Positions 8,619-18,993 of a stretch of DNA of 64,000 nucleotides are shown here, one piece after another. Position numbers and translations under genes: made by a program. Source of the stretch: a virus; IMG/VR virus record IMGVR_UViG_3300025435_001056, positions 112,633 through 176,632 of that record; one strand, 5' to 3'. Position 1 is the first letter of the stretch. Every line of letters starts with the position of its first letter. The notes beneath the pieces were generated by a model. The model was given only the letters and a program-made list of their open reading frames with translations, was not told the DNA's origin and searched no databases.

Positions 8619-8837
8619 ATAGCAAAAGAAGAAGTAATCAAAATGGACGGGTTAATAGCCGAAGTGCTACCCAATACCCAGTTCCGTGTGGAAATTGAAG
8701 GATTTGAACGAGCTATCTTGGCTACTTTAAGTGGACGCATGCGGCAAAACAATATCAAAGTGCTAGCCGGTGATACGGTAGAAATGGAATTTAGCCCTTA
8801 CGACCTAACTCGCGGTCGTATTACCCGACGCCGATAA
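8619..8837 (+). CDS. infA: Translation initiation factor IF-1, probable ATA start codon
   Basis: (M)AKEEVIKMDGLIAEVLPNTQFRVE..LSGRMRQNNIKVLAGDTVEMEFSPYDLTRGRITRR; AAGGAG lies 8 nt before ATA 8619. Confidence 0.9.
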   Translation: MAKEEVIKMDGLIAEVLPNTQFRVEIEGFERAILATLSGRMRQNNIKVLAGDTVEMEFSPYDLTRGRITRRR

Positions 8838-8840
8838 ATA
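8835..8840 (+). promoter_or_regulatory. T4-like late promoter (TAAATA)
   Basis: ATAAATA 5 nt upstream of the SOD ATG. Confidence 0.6.
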
Positions 8841-8845
8841 TCTGT

Positions 8846-9388
8846 ATGCGTGAAATAATTGACCTAGTAGAAGCTTCTACCCGACCAGCCAAGCTGGAAA
8901 CCACAACCTTGCCCTACACTCACAAGGCCTTGGAACCGGTTATGAGTGCAGATACCATTGAGTATCATTACGAACATTTGGCCAAGGGCTATGCAAAGAA
9001 ATACAATGCAGGCGAAGGCGACCCTGACTTTAATCGTGCTGGAAGTTTCCTGCACAACAAGTTCTTCCCACAGTTGCGTGAACCTCGCGGTGCCAATAGA
9101 CCCAAGGGTGCAGTATTGGAACTGATTGAAACCAAGTTCAAAACCTACGAAGACTTTAAAGCAGCAGTTAAAGAAGTGGCCATGAAGATCCAAGGAAGTG
9201 GTTGGATATATCTATCAACCGGTGGCGAAATCAAAACCATTCGCAATCATGCTGTTCGTACCGATATCTGTGTCTTGATTGACTGGTGGGAGCACTCGTG
9301 GAGTTTGGATTATCAATGGGACAAAGAGAAGTATTTGGATAACATCTGGAAGATTATCAACTGGGATGTTTGCAACGAACGGTTGTAG
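8846..9388 (+). CDS. sod: Fe/Mn superoxide dismutase
   Basis: LPYTHKALEPVMSADTIEYHY, FLHNKFF, IQGSGW, DWWEH metal-ligand motifs. Confidence 0.85.
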   Translation: MREIIDLVEASTRPAKLETTTLPYTHKALEPVMSADTIEYHYEHLAKGYAKKYNAGEGDPDFNRAGSFLHNKFFPQLREPRGANRPKGAVLELIETKFKTYEDFKAAVKEVAMKIQGSGWIYLSTGGEIKTIRNHAVRTDICVLIDWWEHSWSLDYQWDKEKYLDNIWKIINWDVCNERL

Positions 9389-9416
9389 TCATAAATACTC
9401 GTGGGAACACGCAACC

Positions 9417-9884
9417 ATGAGAACAACCAAAAAACACAGACGCATTTACGAAGATTATTATAATGTAAGATTGCCAAGCATTATTGAAATACATCATATT
9501 GATGGCAATCACGATAACAATGATATCACAAACTTAATGGCAGTTACTATCGAAGAGCACTTTGAAATTCATAGACAACAGGGCGATTACGCTGCGGCAT
9601 TTAGAATATCACAAAGAATGGAAGTTAGCAAAGAGGAAAAAAGTAGATTGGCATCCTTAGCCGCAACCAAAGCCAATGCAGAAGGAAAATGCGGGTTTAA
9701 ATTGGGTCATGCTTCGATCGCTGGAAAGGTAGGCGGCAAAAAAGGTGGCGCCTATGCTAAGGAAAACCGTACAGGAATATTTGCATTAACACCCGAACAG
9801 AATAAACAACGACATTTCAATTCTGTAGTAACCAAAATGATTAAAGCCGGCAAAGCAAGTGCTTGGCCAAGAGAGGAAATATGA
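9417..9884 (+). mobile_element. Free-standing HNH homing endonuclease
   Basis: HRRIYE..EIHHIDGNHDNNDITNL..EEHFEIH; own TAAATA at 9392; inserted between sod and erpA. Confidence 0.75.
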
Positions 9885-10207
9885 TTACAATTACAGATTC
9901 AGCAGTATCAAAACTCCAAGATATTCTGATAGAGGAAGCCAACCCTAATCTTAAACTTCGTGTGTTTGTACAAGGTGGTGGATGCAGTGGTATGCAATAT
10001 GGTTTTACTCTGGACGAAGAGCAGGCCGAAGATGACTGGGATCTGGATGTCAATGGTGTCCATGTGCTAGTTGACAGCATGAGTGGTGGGTATTTGCAAG
10101 GAGCCACCATAGACTATCGAGAAGATCAATACGGCAGCAGTTTCAGCATCAACAATCCCAACGCTCAAACCACCTGCGGTTGCGGTAGTAGCTTTAGCCC
10201 TTACTAA
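9881..10207 (+). CDS. erpA: A-type iron-sulfur cluster carrier (ErpA/IscA/HesB)
   Basis: [17 protein letters not shown] and [14 protein letters not shown]. Confidence 0.92.
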   Translation: MITITDSAVSKLQDILIEEANPNLKLRVFVQGGGCSGMQYGFTLDEEQAEDDWDLDVNGVHVLVDSMSGGYLQGATIDYREDQYGSSFSINNPNAQTTCGCGSSFSPY

Positions 10208-10234
10208 CCAGAATACTCTAGCTTAACCCTATGC

Positions 10235-10240
10235 TAAATA
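10235..10240 (+). promoter_or_regulatory. T4-like late promoter inside a 9-bp inverted repeat
   Basis: TAAATA within CCCTATGCT-AAATAC-AGTATAGGG (10227-10250), ahead of the structural block. Confidence 0.6.
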
Positions 10241-10261
10241 CAGTATAGGGGTCCTGAATCT

Positions 10262-12301
10262 ATGAGTCAAGTATACATCAATGTAGGAGCAACACCAAAC
10301 GACGGTGATGGCGATCCCATCCGCACGGCGTTTATTAAAACTAACACCAATTTTAGCACACTTTTTAGCATACCGCAAGCCAGTCCTCCTCCAACATTGG
10401 TAGGCAGCCCCGGTGATTTTGCTGGCATGTATGCCTATAGCGGTTCTTATTTTTACTATTGTTTTGCTAACTATACCGGCAATACAACAATTTGGGCACA
10501 AATTACACAAGCTGGTAATGTTTCAGTTTCGGCCATTAACAATGGAACCAGCAATATATCAATTGCAGGAGTCAATGCCAATGCCACAGTCAATATTAAT
10601 GGCACCAGCGATGTGGCAGTTTTTAGCAATGCCGGCATTTTTCTCAGTGGTGTAGTCAGTGCCACTGGTAATATACGCGGCGGCAACATTAATACAGCCG
10701 GAGTAGTCAGTGCCATTGGAAATATTTCTGGAAATTATATACTGGGAAATGGAAGTCAACTGACTGGATTACCGGCCACTTATTCAAATGCCAATGTGGC
10801 TAATTATTTGCCAGTATATTCGGGCAACATATCAAGCAACAATTTATCAGCTACGGGCAATATTGTTGGCAATAATATTTTTTCCAGCAGTATCATCAGT
10901 GCCACAGGCAATATTGTTACTGCTGGATATTTTGTTGGAAACTTTGCCGGCAATATCACTGGAAATTTGGTGGTACCTGGTTCAAACACTGAAGTGTTGT
11001 TCAATACCAATGGAAACTCTGATGCGGTAGCTGGCATGACCTACAACAAAGGAACCAATACTTTTGCAGTATTGGGAACTGTTAGCTCACAAGGTAATAT
11101 CATTGGCGGTAACATTGTCACTGTGGGACTAATCACTACCGCAGGAAATGTGTATGCTGCTAACATCACAGGTGGTAATCTATTAACCGGTGGACTGATT
11201 AGTGCGGCTGGATCACTCAATACCAACACTAGTGTCATTGCTCAAGGTAACATACGTGGTGGAAATTTGATCAGCAACGGATTGATCACATCCACCGGTA
11301 ATGTTACCGGTGGCAACTTGTTGACAGGCGGTCTGGTTTCAGCCACAGGCAACATAAGTGGTAACTATATTCGTGCTGGGCAAGATATCAATGCTGGCGG
11401 CAATGTCACGGCCGTCAATGTCAATGCCAATATAGCCAGTATCATTGGCAATGTCTACGGCGGCAATATTTCAACTGTTGGTCTAATAAGTGCTGTAGGA
11501 AATGTCTCTGGCAATTATTTTATTGGCAATGGAAGACAGCTTACTGGATTGCCAACTTCATACAGCAATACTGATGTGGCCTCCTTTTTATCTGCGTACG
11601 GTTCCAACACTGTCAGCACTACCGGCACTGTAACCGCAGGTAATATCACAGGTGGCAATGTGTTAACTGGTGGAGTTGTCTCTGCCATCGGCAATGTCAT
11701 TGGCAACTACATACTTGGTAACGGAAGTCAACTAACCGGATTGCCAGCCAATTACGGAAATTCAAATGTGACCACTTTGTTGGCGGCATTTGGAAGTAAT
11801 ACTATATCGACCACAGGAAACATTACAGTTGGCAATATTCTTAATGCCAACGCAAATGCCCAAGGCAATATTGGATCGCCTGGTGTATATTTCAACACAG
11901 TTTTTGCGCAGGCTACTTCGGCACAGTATGCTGACTTGGCTGAATGTTATCTAGCTGATGCCGACTATACCCCTGGAACTGTAGTTAGTTTTGGGGGTAC
12001 TGCAGAAGTTACCACTAGTGATATAGATGCAGATCCTAAGATTGCTGGTGTAGTAAGTACTCATCCGGCTCACCTAATGAATTCTAAGTTATCTGGAGAT
12101 CATGTGGTAGCTGTGGCTTTGGTAGGTCGTGTGCCATGTCACGTAATAGGACCTGTTACTGCAGGAGCCATGATGGTGTCGGCCGGTAATGGTCGTGCTA
12201 GAGCTGAAGTTGACCCAGCAATGGGCACAGTAATTGGCAAGGCTGTACGGGCATTTGATGGTGCAACAGGTACTATTGAAATAGTTGTTGGAAGAATTTA
12301 A
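10262..12301 (+). CDS. Tail fibre/baseplate protein with GN-rich repeats and C-terminal autoproteolytic chaperone-like domain
   Basis: N-terminus INVGATPNDGDGDPIRTAFIKTNTNF (T4 gp9/gp10-like), many SATGNI.GGN repeats, C-terminal [20 protein letters not shown]. Confidence 0.75.
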   Translation: MSQVYINVGATPNDGDGDPIRTAFIKTNTNFSTLFSIPQASPPPTLVGSPGDFAGMYAYSGSYFYYCFANYTGNTTIWAQITQAGNVSVSAINNGTSNISIAGVNANATVNINGTSDVAVFSNAGIFLSGVVSATGNIRGGNINTAGVVSAIGNISGNYILGNGSQLTGLPATYSNANVANYLPVYSGNISSNNLSATGNIVGNNIFSSSIISATGNIVTAGYFVGNFAGNITGNLVVPGSNTEVLFNTNGNSDAVAGMTYNKGTNTFAVLGTVSSQGNIIGGNIVTVGLITTAGNVYAANITGGNLLTGGLISAAGSLNTNTSVIAQGNIRGGNLISNGLITSTGNVTGGNLLTGGLVSATGNISGNYIRAGQDINAGGNVTAVNVNANIASIIGNVYGGNISTVGLISAVGNVSGNYFIGNGRQLTGLPTSYSNTDVASFLSAYGSNTVSTTGTVTAGNITGGNVLTGGVVSAIGNVIGNYILGNGSQLTGLPANYGNSNVTTLLAAFGSNTISTTGNITVGNILNANANAQGNIGSPGVYFNTVFAQATSAQYADLAECYLADADYTPGTVVSFGGTAEVTTSDIDADPKIAGVVSTHPAHLMNSKLSGDHVVAVALVGRVPCHVIGPVTAGAMMVSAGNGRARAEVDPAMGTVIGKAVRAFDGATGTIEIVVGRI

Positions 12302-12304
12302 ACA

Positions 12305-14767
12305 ATGTCTCGACCAGTTTGGATCACTCCTCCTGGCAGTTTAGGAACCATACCCGAGGGTGTTTTTTATTCGGTTCCTTTGGCTGCCGCAGCTGACACC
12401 ACGGTATACTATCAACTGATTGCTGGAAATTTGCCTGCAGGTATGTTCATTGACGAAACCGGTGTATTGTCTGGTAATCCTATGGCCAAGAGCACGGCTG
12501 CTGGTGTTCCGTTGCCGGTGGTTGCTGATACTACCAGCCGATTTGCTGTTAGAGCTTATACCAACACTCGACAATTAGCTGACCGTACTTTTACCATTAC
12601 GGTTACAGGACAAAACACAGTAAACTGGGTTACACCGCCCGGCAATATTGGTAACTATTATGATGGCAATCAAATCACCGCGTTGGCTGTTGATTATCAA
12701 GACACTGACATTTATGCCAAGCCCGTGGTAACTCTGATCAGTGGTGCTTTACCACCTGGACTTGCTATATCCTCTACAGGCGTGATTTCAGGCTATATAG
12801 AACCGGCCATACCGCCAGGGGCTACTCCAGGTTTTAGCTATGCCGGAACACAGGGCTATGATGTGTATGCTTTTGATTTTACTACAAGCAGTGTCACTAC
12901 CAATTATGAATTTACTTTAAAAGTTACCAACGGCCAGTCCACAGATACCCGTACTTTCAGTATCTTGGTGTATGCTCTGGAGACCATGACTGCAGACACT
13001 ACAAAGATAACTGCCGACAACACATTTATCACAGCTGATGTATCACCACCAATTCCGCCTATTATTACCACACCTATTGGCACAATTGGCTCTACACGCA
13101 GCGACAATTTCTTTGCATTTCAGTTTACAGGCATAGATTTCAACTACAATCAGTTTCAATTTGTAGCCAATACAACATTGCCACCGGGCTTGACTCTGGA
13201 TCCAAATTCAGGATGGCTGTATGGTTATATACCAGCTGGCGGCATTGTCTCGACGGTGTACCCTTTTAGTCTGTATGCACAAGAAGTCAACAATAGATCA
13301 GTAGTTAGCCCTGTTTACAACTACAGCTTGACTATTACCAGCCCAGTTGGGTCAGATGTAACTTGGCTTACACCCAGTTACCTAGGATCTATCTTTAATG
13401 GATCAACCAGCACTTTTTATGTGTCTGCAATTAGCTCAGGTGGACAAAGTCTCAGCTATCAGTTGTTATCAGGCAGCGACAGCAGATTGCCGCAGGGACT
13501 AGAACTGTTGCCCAATGGGTTGATTGCAGGTCGAGTCAGCTTTGACACTTTTGCTGTGGACGGTGGCGCCACCACATTTGATTCCACAACCAATGCCGAT
13601 ACTACCGTGGTTCCCAAACCCACTACGTTTGATCTAGTATGCTCATTCACAGTGCAGGCCACCAGTGTCAACGGTGTGGTCAATGCTACCCAGGTATTTT
13701 CAATACGGGTGATCCGTAAATACAACCAACCCTACGACAATCTCTACGTGCAGGCCATGCCGCCTGAATCAGACCGTGCTCTAGTAACCAGCCTGTTGCA
13801 GGACACACAAATATTCCCATCTAATTTGATTTATCGATTCAACGATCCTAATTTTGGAGTGGCCAATCGCGTGATCTATCGTCATGCCTACGGACTCACA
13901 GCGGCTACGTTGGATACCTATGTAGCTAGTTTAAATCTCAATCACTACTGGAAAAATTTGACCTTGGGCGAAATCAAAACAGCCAGAGCAGTCGATCCGG
14001 TTACTGGTGCGGTCATATATGAAGTAGTTTATAGTGAAGTTATAGATGACCTAGTCAATAATGAAGGCCAAAGTGTCGGTAAGTCGGTGAATTTGCCATA
14101 TGTAGTTGAGGGTGACGTGCAAACGGTATATCCTAATGCCTTGACTGACATGCGTACACAGGTAATCGATGTGGTTGGCCAGGAAAGCAATATTTTACCC
14201 TTGTGGATGTTAAGTAAACAGTCAGACGGATCGGTCCTGGGATTCACACCGGCCTGGGTCATAGCTTATACCAATCCAGGACAAAGCGGACAAATTGCCT
14301 ACAACATAAGAACACATTTCGGCCAACAGTTGAATCTGATTGACTTTGAAGTGGATCGTTACGAATTAGATGGCCTGTTGACTCGTAATTGGAACAGAGA
14401 ATTGCAACAATGGACACCAACACCTCCTCAGTTGACCACTTTTGATCTGAATCATCGTTTAGGAACCTGGGTGAACAATTATAGCGAAATAGTATCTTGG
14501 ACCAATAATACCGGAGGTTTAGTCTATTGGACTTATGGATTCCCGTCTGGTACTACTTTTGACGGCGGTAGCATGCAGTTTGAGGCACCGGTAGACATGT
14601 ACTCAAATACCACCGCCTATGATTCGTATCTGCTGTTCCCGCGCCGTAATATCCTGCAACGTGTGCCACAGATAAATCCTTTGTTGTTTGTCAACAGTTC
14701 TGGTTCTGCAATTGAATGGCACAGTACTGACGATCGCCCCTTAGTTTTTACCGGTACCAACGCATAA
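12305..14767 (+). CDS. Virion structural protein with repeated Ig-like (He_PIG-type) domains
   Basis: Four W.TP.G.LG..G.LP.GL....G.ISG repeats. Confidence 0.7.
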   Translation: MSRPVWITPPGSLGTIPEGVFYSVPLAAAADTTVYYQLIAGNLPAGMFIDETGVLSGNPMAKSTAAGVPLPVVADTTSRFAVRAYTNTRQLADRTFTITVTGQNTVNWVTPPGNIGNYYDGNQITALAVDYQDTDIYAKPVVTLISGALPPGLAISSTGVISGYIEPAIPPGATPGFSYAGTQGYDVYAFDFTTSSVTTNYEFTLKVTNGQSTDTRTFSILVYALETMTADTTKITADNTFITADVSPPIPPIITTPIGTIGSTRSDNFFAFQFTGIDFNYNQFQFVANTTLPPGLTLDPNSGWLYGYIPAGGIVSTVYPFSLYAQEVNNRSVVSPVYNYSLTITSPVGSDVTWLTPSYLGSIFNGSTSTFYVSAISSGGQSLSYQLLSGSDSRLPQGLELLPNGLIAGRVSFDTFAVDGGATTFDSTTNADTTVVPKPTTFDLVCSFTVQATSVNGVVNATQVFSIRVIRKYNQPYDNLYVQAMPPESDRALVTSLLQDTQIFPSNLIYRFNDPNFGVANRVIYRHAYGLTAATLDTYVASLNLNHYWKNLTLGEIKTARAVDPVTGAVIYEVVYSEVIDDLVNNEGQSVGKSVNLPYVVEGDVQTVYPNALTDMRTQVIDVVGQESNILPLWMLSKQSDGSVLGFTPAWVIAYTNPGQSGQIAYNIRTHFGQQLNLIDFEVDRYELDGLLTRNWNRELQQWTPTPPQLTTFDLNHRLGTWVNNYSEIVSWTNNTGGLVYWTYGFPSGTTFDGGSMQFEAPVDMYSNTTAYDSYLLFPRRNILQRVPQINPLLFVNSSGSAIEWHSTDDRPLVFTGTNA

Positions 14768-14796
14768 ATATTGCATAAACTACCAACAGGACCCAA

Positions 14797-15717
14797 ATGA
14801 CCGTTCCATACACTTTTGCTAACCAATCAGGCCCAGTGGCAGCAGCCGAACTTGATGCTAATTTTGCCGCTGTAAGCGGTGCCACTGGATCAACCGGTCC
14901 TACAGGCGCCACTGGTCCCAGTGGTGGTCCCACAGGTGCCACTGGTGCCACGGGTGCAGGAGCAACAGGTGCCACGGGCGTTGCAGGTGCAGATGGTGCA
15001 ACAGGCGCAACAGGCGTTACAGGATCAACAGGTCCACAAGGCGATCCTGGGGGTGCCACTGGTGCCACAGGTGTTGTTGGATCAACCGGCGCTACAGGTG
15101 CAGGAGCAACAGGTGCCACTGGAGTTGGAGCCACTGGAACAGCAGGTGCAAATGGGGCGACAGGTGCTACTGGAACATTTAGCGGCACATTGACTTCCAA
15201 CATTGCTGGTGCCGGTTACAGTATTAGTAACATTGGCACACTAACAGTTGGTAGTATTGTCAACAACAATGCCAACGGTGTGGGCAATATTGGCTCAAGC
15301 ACAACATATTTCAAAACTGTATTTGCCCTGGCTACCTCGGCACAGTATGCGGACTTGGCAGAAAACTATCTAGCCGATGCAACCTACAATCCCGGAACGA
15401 TAGTTATTTTTGGCGGAGATCAAGAAATAACAGTTACTTCAGAATTTGCCGATGAGCGTGTGGCTGGAGCAATATCAACTGAACCAGCACACTTAATGAA
15501 TTCAGGATTAGCTGGATTACCAGTGGCCTTACGTGGTCGTGTTCCTGTACAGGTCATAGGACCTGTGACCAAAGGTGACAGCTTGGTTACCAGTTCGATT
15601 GCAGGATTTGCACAAAGTATAGGCAGAGATAGGAGCTACTCACAGGCTGTATTTGCCAAGGCACTTGAGACCAACATTACAGATGACAAAAAAGTTATTA
15701 CGGCTGTGATACTTTAA
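14797..15717 (+). CDS. Collagen-like tail fibre with C-terminal chaperone-like domain
   Basis: G-A-T triplet repeats (about 14878-15180), AQYADLAE domain shared with the 10262 protein; TAAATA at 14765. Confidence 0.75.
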   Translation: MTVPYTFANQSGPVAAAELDANFAAVSGATGSTGPTGATGPSGGPTGATGATGAGATGATGVAGADGATGATGVTGSTGPQGDPGGATGATGVVGSTGATGAGATGATGVGATGTAGANGATGATGTFSGTLTSNIAGAGYSISNIGTLTVGSIVNNNANGVGNIGSSTTYFKTVFALATSAQYADLAENYLADATYNPGTIVIFGGDQEITVTSEFADERVAGAISTEPAHLMNSGLAGLPVALRGRVPVQVIGPVTKGDSLVTSSIAGFAQSIGRDRSYSQAVFAKALETNITDDKKVITAVIL

Positions 15718-15736
15718 AACAATACTTTAGGAAAAT

Positions 15737-16705
15737 ATGACTTCGCTATACACATTCGGTTCACAAATAGGCCCAATACCATTGGGCGAGTTGGACTATA
15801 ATTTTGCTGTTGTGGCCAACAATGTGCTCACAGCCAACACTGTGATTTCTAATTCACAGCCCAATATTACTTTGTTAGGTACACTAACCGGACTCACAGT
15901 AAGCGGAAATCTACAGGTCAACAGGGCCACATTGACCAACCTATCAGTCACCGGCAATACATACGCTGGCAATACCAGCCTGGGAAATCTGGCGGTAAAT
16001 TCCGATACTATACTCTACGGAAATCTCACAGTTTATGGAAACACCACAACCATCAACAGTAATACTGTAGTCACCAATGATCTTCTGTTGGTATTGGGCA
16101 ACAATCAAAACAGCGGATTGGCCTTAAACGGCGCTGGGTTGGCGGTAGGCAACAACAGTCTTGCTACTTGGCGGTTTAACAATGCTACCAACAGTTGGCA
16201 AAGCAACATTGCTGTAATTCCAACTGGTAATGCCGTATTATCCTTGGGTGGTACAAACAACTATTGGGGAACGGCCTACATCAATACAATCAGTGCCCAT
16301 GGCAATGTTACTGGCAATTATTTTGTTGGCAATGGTAGCCTATTAACTGGTATAGGCACATATACCAATGCCAATGTGGCCGCTTACTTGCCCACGTATA
16401 CTGGCAATTTTACTGCTAATAATATTTCTGCCAGTGGAAACTTACTTGTAACCGGAAGCGCACAACTGTCAGGCGGTGCTACAGCTCCTACTGCTGCAAA
16501 CGGCACAGCCAATAGCCAGGTAGCTACTACAGCATTTGTTAGTAATCAAATGGCAAATTCAATTGGTAAATTAAGTACCAACTGGTCAGTTGCACAGATT
16601 GGTAATAATTTATATTTTCAATTTAATGGCGCCAATATTGCCAGATTAGATACATCGGGCAACTTTGTCACCATCGGAAATGTTACTGCGTTTGGAACAT
16701 TGTAA
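15737..16705 (+). CDS. Tail fibre protein
   Basis: N-terminus paralogous to the 14797 protein; TAPTAANGTANSQVATTAFV fibre motif. Confidence 0.7.
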   Translation: MTSLYTFGSQIGPIPLGELDYNFAVVANNVLTANTVISNSQPNITLLGTLTGLTVSGNLQVNRATLTNLSVTGNTYAGNTSLGNLAVNSDTILYGNLTVYGNTTTINSNTVVTNDLLLVLGNNQNSGLALNGAGLAVGNNSLATWRFNNATNSWQSNIAVIPTGNAVLSLGGTNNYWGTAYINTISAHGNVTGNYFVGNGSLLTGIGTYTNANVAAYLPTYTGNFTANNISASGNLLVTGSAQLSGGATAPTAANGTANSQVATTAFVSNQMANSIGKLSTNWSVAQIGNNLYFQFNGANIARLDTSGNFVTIGNVTAFGTL

Positions 16706-17775
16706 TGACTCTGCCAACAAGCGGTCCCATTTCTTTGGCCGATATTCAGCAGGAGTTCGGTGGCACTCATCCAGTTACACTTAGTAATTATTACAAAGGT
16801 GGCGCCTATGTGCATCCGTGGTCCACTGCCCCAAATGTTCCTGCAAGTGGAAAAATATCTATCAGTGATTTTTACGGTGCCAGCAATACCGCAGCACCAG
16901 CAGTGACCTGGGTTACTTCGGCTAGCCAATCAATGGAACAAACTGTTCCGTTTAGTCTACAATTAAATGCTACTAATGCCGTGACTTATGCAGTGACCAG
17001 TGGAACATTACCCAATAATCTTTCTATGACTACAGGAGGATTAATAACAGGCACACCCGGAACAGTACAGACAACTTATCCAACTATTACAGCAACTTCA
17101 ATTTACAATGTGTCTACTCCACAGGCATTTACATTTGACGTGTATTCTCCTCCACCTTCGTATAATGAAATTATTACTGGTCCAGCCAGCGGCAACGGTG
17201 GAACTCAACTGAATATGCAAATTACAGGGGCAGCACCAAATTCAACCTATAATGTTACCCAAACTAGCGGACCGCCTCTCTTTGTTAGTCCAAGTGTTAA
17301 TAATAACATAGGATCCGACGGTACCGCTATTTTTGTTGTGCTTCCGCAACAACCTGCATATTACAATTTTAGTTTTTATTTTACCGCAACTGGAGATACT
17401 AGAACATTTAGTTATGTTGTAAACTACACCTATACTAATGGTTTTACACAAGAATACGGTTGGACTGGTTCTAATTTAACTTTAGCTCAGCAGATTAACC
17501 AAACTTATTACGAATCTAACAACGCATTTACAGTCACTTACACTCCTACTCCGGAAACCAGATGGGGGTTGTACAGACGGGGCGAGTCTGGCGGTATAAG
17601 TTTTTGGGTACAGGCTTGTGTAAACAATGGGTGGTCGATATCATCTCAGGGGTTGATTAATGCTATCTTTACTGCGGCAAGCCAAGATGCCGATGCTGCA
17701 AGGGCGCTTACTCCAAATAAATCCTATGTTCCCGGACCTGGCTATGGTGATTTTAGTGATCGTCCAGTTCCTTAA
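16705..17775 (+). CDS. Tail fibre tip / adhesin-like protein with Ig-like domain
   Basis: MTLPTSGPISLADIQQEFGG..LSNYY..VPASGKISISDFYG N-terminus typical of fibre-associated proteins; coupled by TAATG to the fibre gene. Confidence 0.65.
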   Translation: MTLPTSGPISLADIQQEFGGTHPVTLSNYYKGGAYVHPWSTAPNVPASGKISISDFYGASNTAAPAVTWVTSASQSMEQTVPFSLQLNATNAVTYAVTSGTLPNNLSMTTGGLITGTPGTVQTTYPTITATSIYNVSTPQAFTFDVYSPPPSYNEIITGPASGNGGTQLNMQITGAAPNSTYNVTQTSGPPLFVSPSVNNNIGSDGTAIFVVLPQQPAYYNFSFYFTATGDTRTFSYVVNYTYTNGFTQEYGWTGSNLTLAQQINQTYYESNNAFTVTYTPTPETRWGLYRRGESGGISFWVQACVNNGWSISSQGLINAIFTAASQDADAARALTPNKSYVPGPGYGDFSDRPVP

Positions 17776-17847
17776 ATACGCCAAAGATTTTATCAATATT
17801 AACGTACACCCCGGCTAAATACAACTAATGATTAAGGAAAGACACAA

Positions 17848-18726
17848 ATGACCAGTAATATCAACCCAAATGACATTGACGGTAATTATCCAGTAGCCGG
17901 ACAAGACAACAACAGTCAGGGCTTCCGCGACAATTTTACCAATACTGCCACCAATTTTCAGTATGCCGCAGACGAAATTACCGATCTGCAGAACAAAGCC
18001 GTGCTCAAAGCCGCACTAAACGGAACGGCCTTAGACAACAACATGAACGGCAGCTTGCTATACAATGCACAGCTCCAACAGATGACTCAAACGGTGATAC
18101 CGTTGGGTACCTTGAATGGTTCTGTAGTGCTAAATTTTGCCACCGGATCTGTACAGACCTTGACCACAAATGGTCCTATCACATTGGGATTCAGCAACTT
18201 GCCAGCGGCCGGTGTTTCAGGAACCATAGCCCTGCAGGTCACAGTGGCCAGTACAGCACACACTATCACTTTCCCCACAGCAGTATCGGTCAACACCGCT
18301 GGTATCCAGGGATTTGATATCACTACCAATGTAATGGAGTTTGCTGCATCAGGCACCTACAACTTTGCGTTTACTACGGTAAATGGCGGGAGTACTGTGA
18401 CTATCAGCCAGGACAACAATTCACTTGTACCATTCAATAATTCCAGCGAATTGCTCAGCAGTGCTTCAGCTGCCAACTTGGCCGTGACCACCAGCTACTT
18501 TACTACAGTTTCTGCCAGCACTGCTACCTTGGCCGCTGGTGTTGCTGGACAAATCAAAGTGTTCAGCATGAATGCGGCTTCGGGCAACATGGTAATCACT
18601 GTAACCAACCATGCCTGGGCCGGATCCGGCACAATCACATTTTCGTCTGCTGGCCAAAGTTGCATCTTGCAATATACCAATAACAAATGGTTCTGCATTG
18701 GCAACAACGGCGTTGCTTTTGCCTAA
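17848..18726 (+). CDS. Virion structural protein
   Basis: YPVAGQDNNSQGFRDNF N-terminal motif, beta-rich; TAAATA at 17816 and AAGGA RBS. Confidence 0.65.
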   Translation: MTSNINPNDIDGNYPVAGQDNNSQGFRDNFTNTATNFQYAADEITDLQNKAVLKAALNGTALDNNMNGSLLYNAQLQQMTQTVIPLGTLNGSVVLNFATGSVQTLTTNGPITLGFSNLPAAGVSGTIALQVTVASTAHTITFPTAVSVNTAGIQGFDITTNVMEFAASGTYNFAFTTVNGGSTVTISQDNNSLVPFNNSSELLSSASAANLAVTTSYFTTVSASTATLAAGVAGQIKVFSMNAASGNMVITVTNHAWAGSGTITFSSAGQSCILQYTNNKWFCIGNNGVAFA

Positions 18727-18736
18727 ACCAAAACGG

Positions 18737-18765
18737 TTGACAATAATCAAAACTAGCTGTATACT
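18737..18765 (+). promoter_or_regulatory. sigma70-type promoter
   Basis: TTGACA-N17-TATACT, 6 nt before ATG 18772. Confidence 0.75.
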
Positions 18766-18771
18766 CAAGGA

Positions 18772-18993
18772 ATGGAACATCCATTAATTTCAAACCTTGA
18801 TGACTTGACCGAACAGCAACTTTTGGACAAAATAACCGAACTCAATAAAAAATTGGCCATCGCCTACAACACTGGCAACGGACATCTGTGCAATCAAGTG
18901 CGTATGGCTATTGAAACTTATCAAAACAAATACCAAGAAAAGCTCCGCAAAAAACCCGATGAGGGGTTTGACAACATCATAGACATATCATGA
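18772..18993 (+). CDS. Hypothetical protein
   Basis: 73-aa helical ORF, ATGA-coupled to the next gene. Confidence 0.7.
   Translation: MEHPLISNLDDLTEQQLLDKITELNKKLAIAYNTGNGHLCNQVRMAIETYQNKYQEKLRKKPDEGFDNIIDIS

Noticed and set aside
14748-15203. Minus-strand PVA-repeat ORF and alternate-frame ORF
   Set aside because: Shadow frames of the collagen-like GAT repeats
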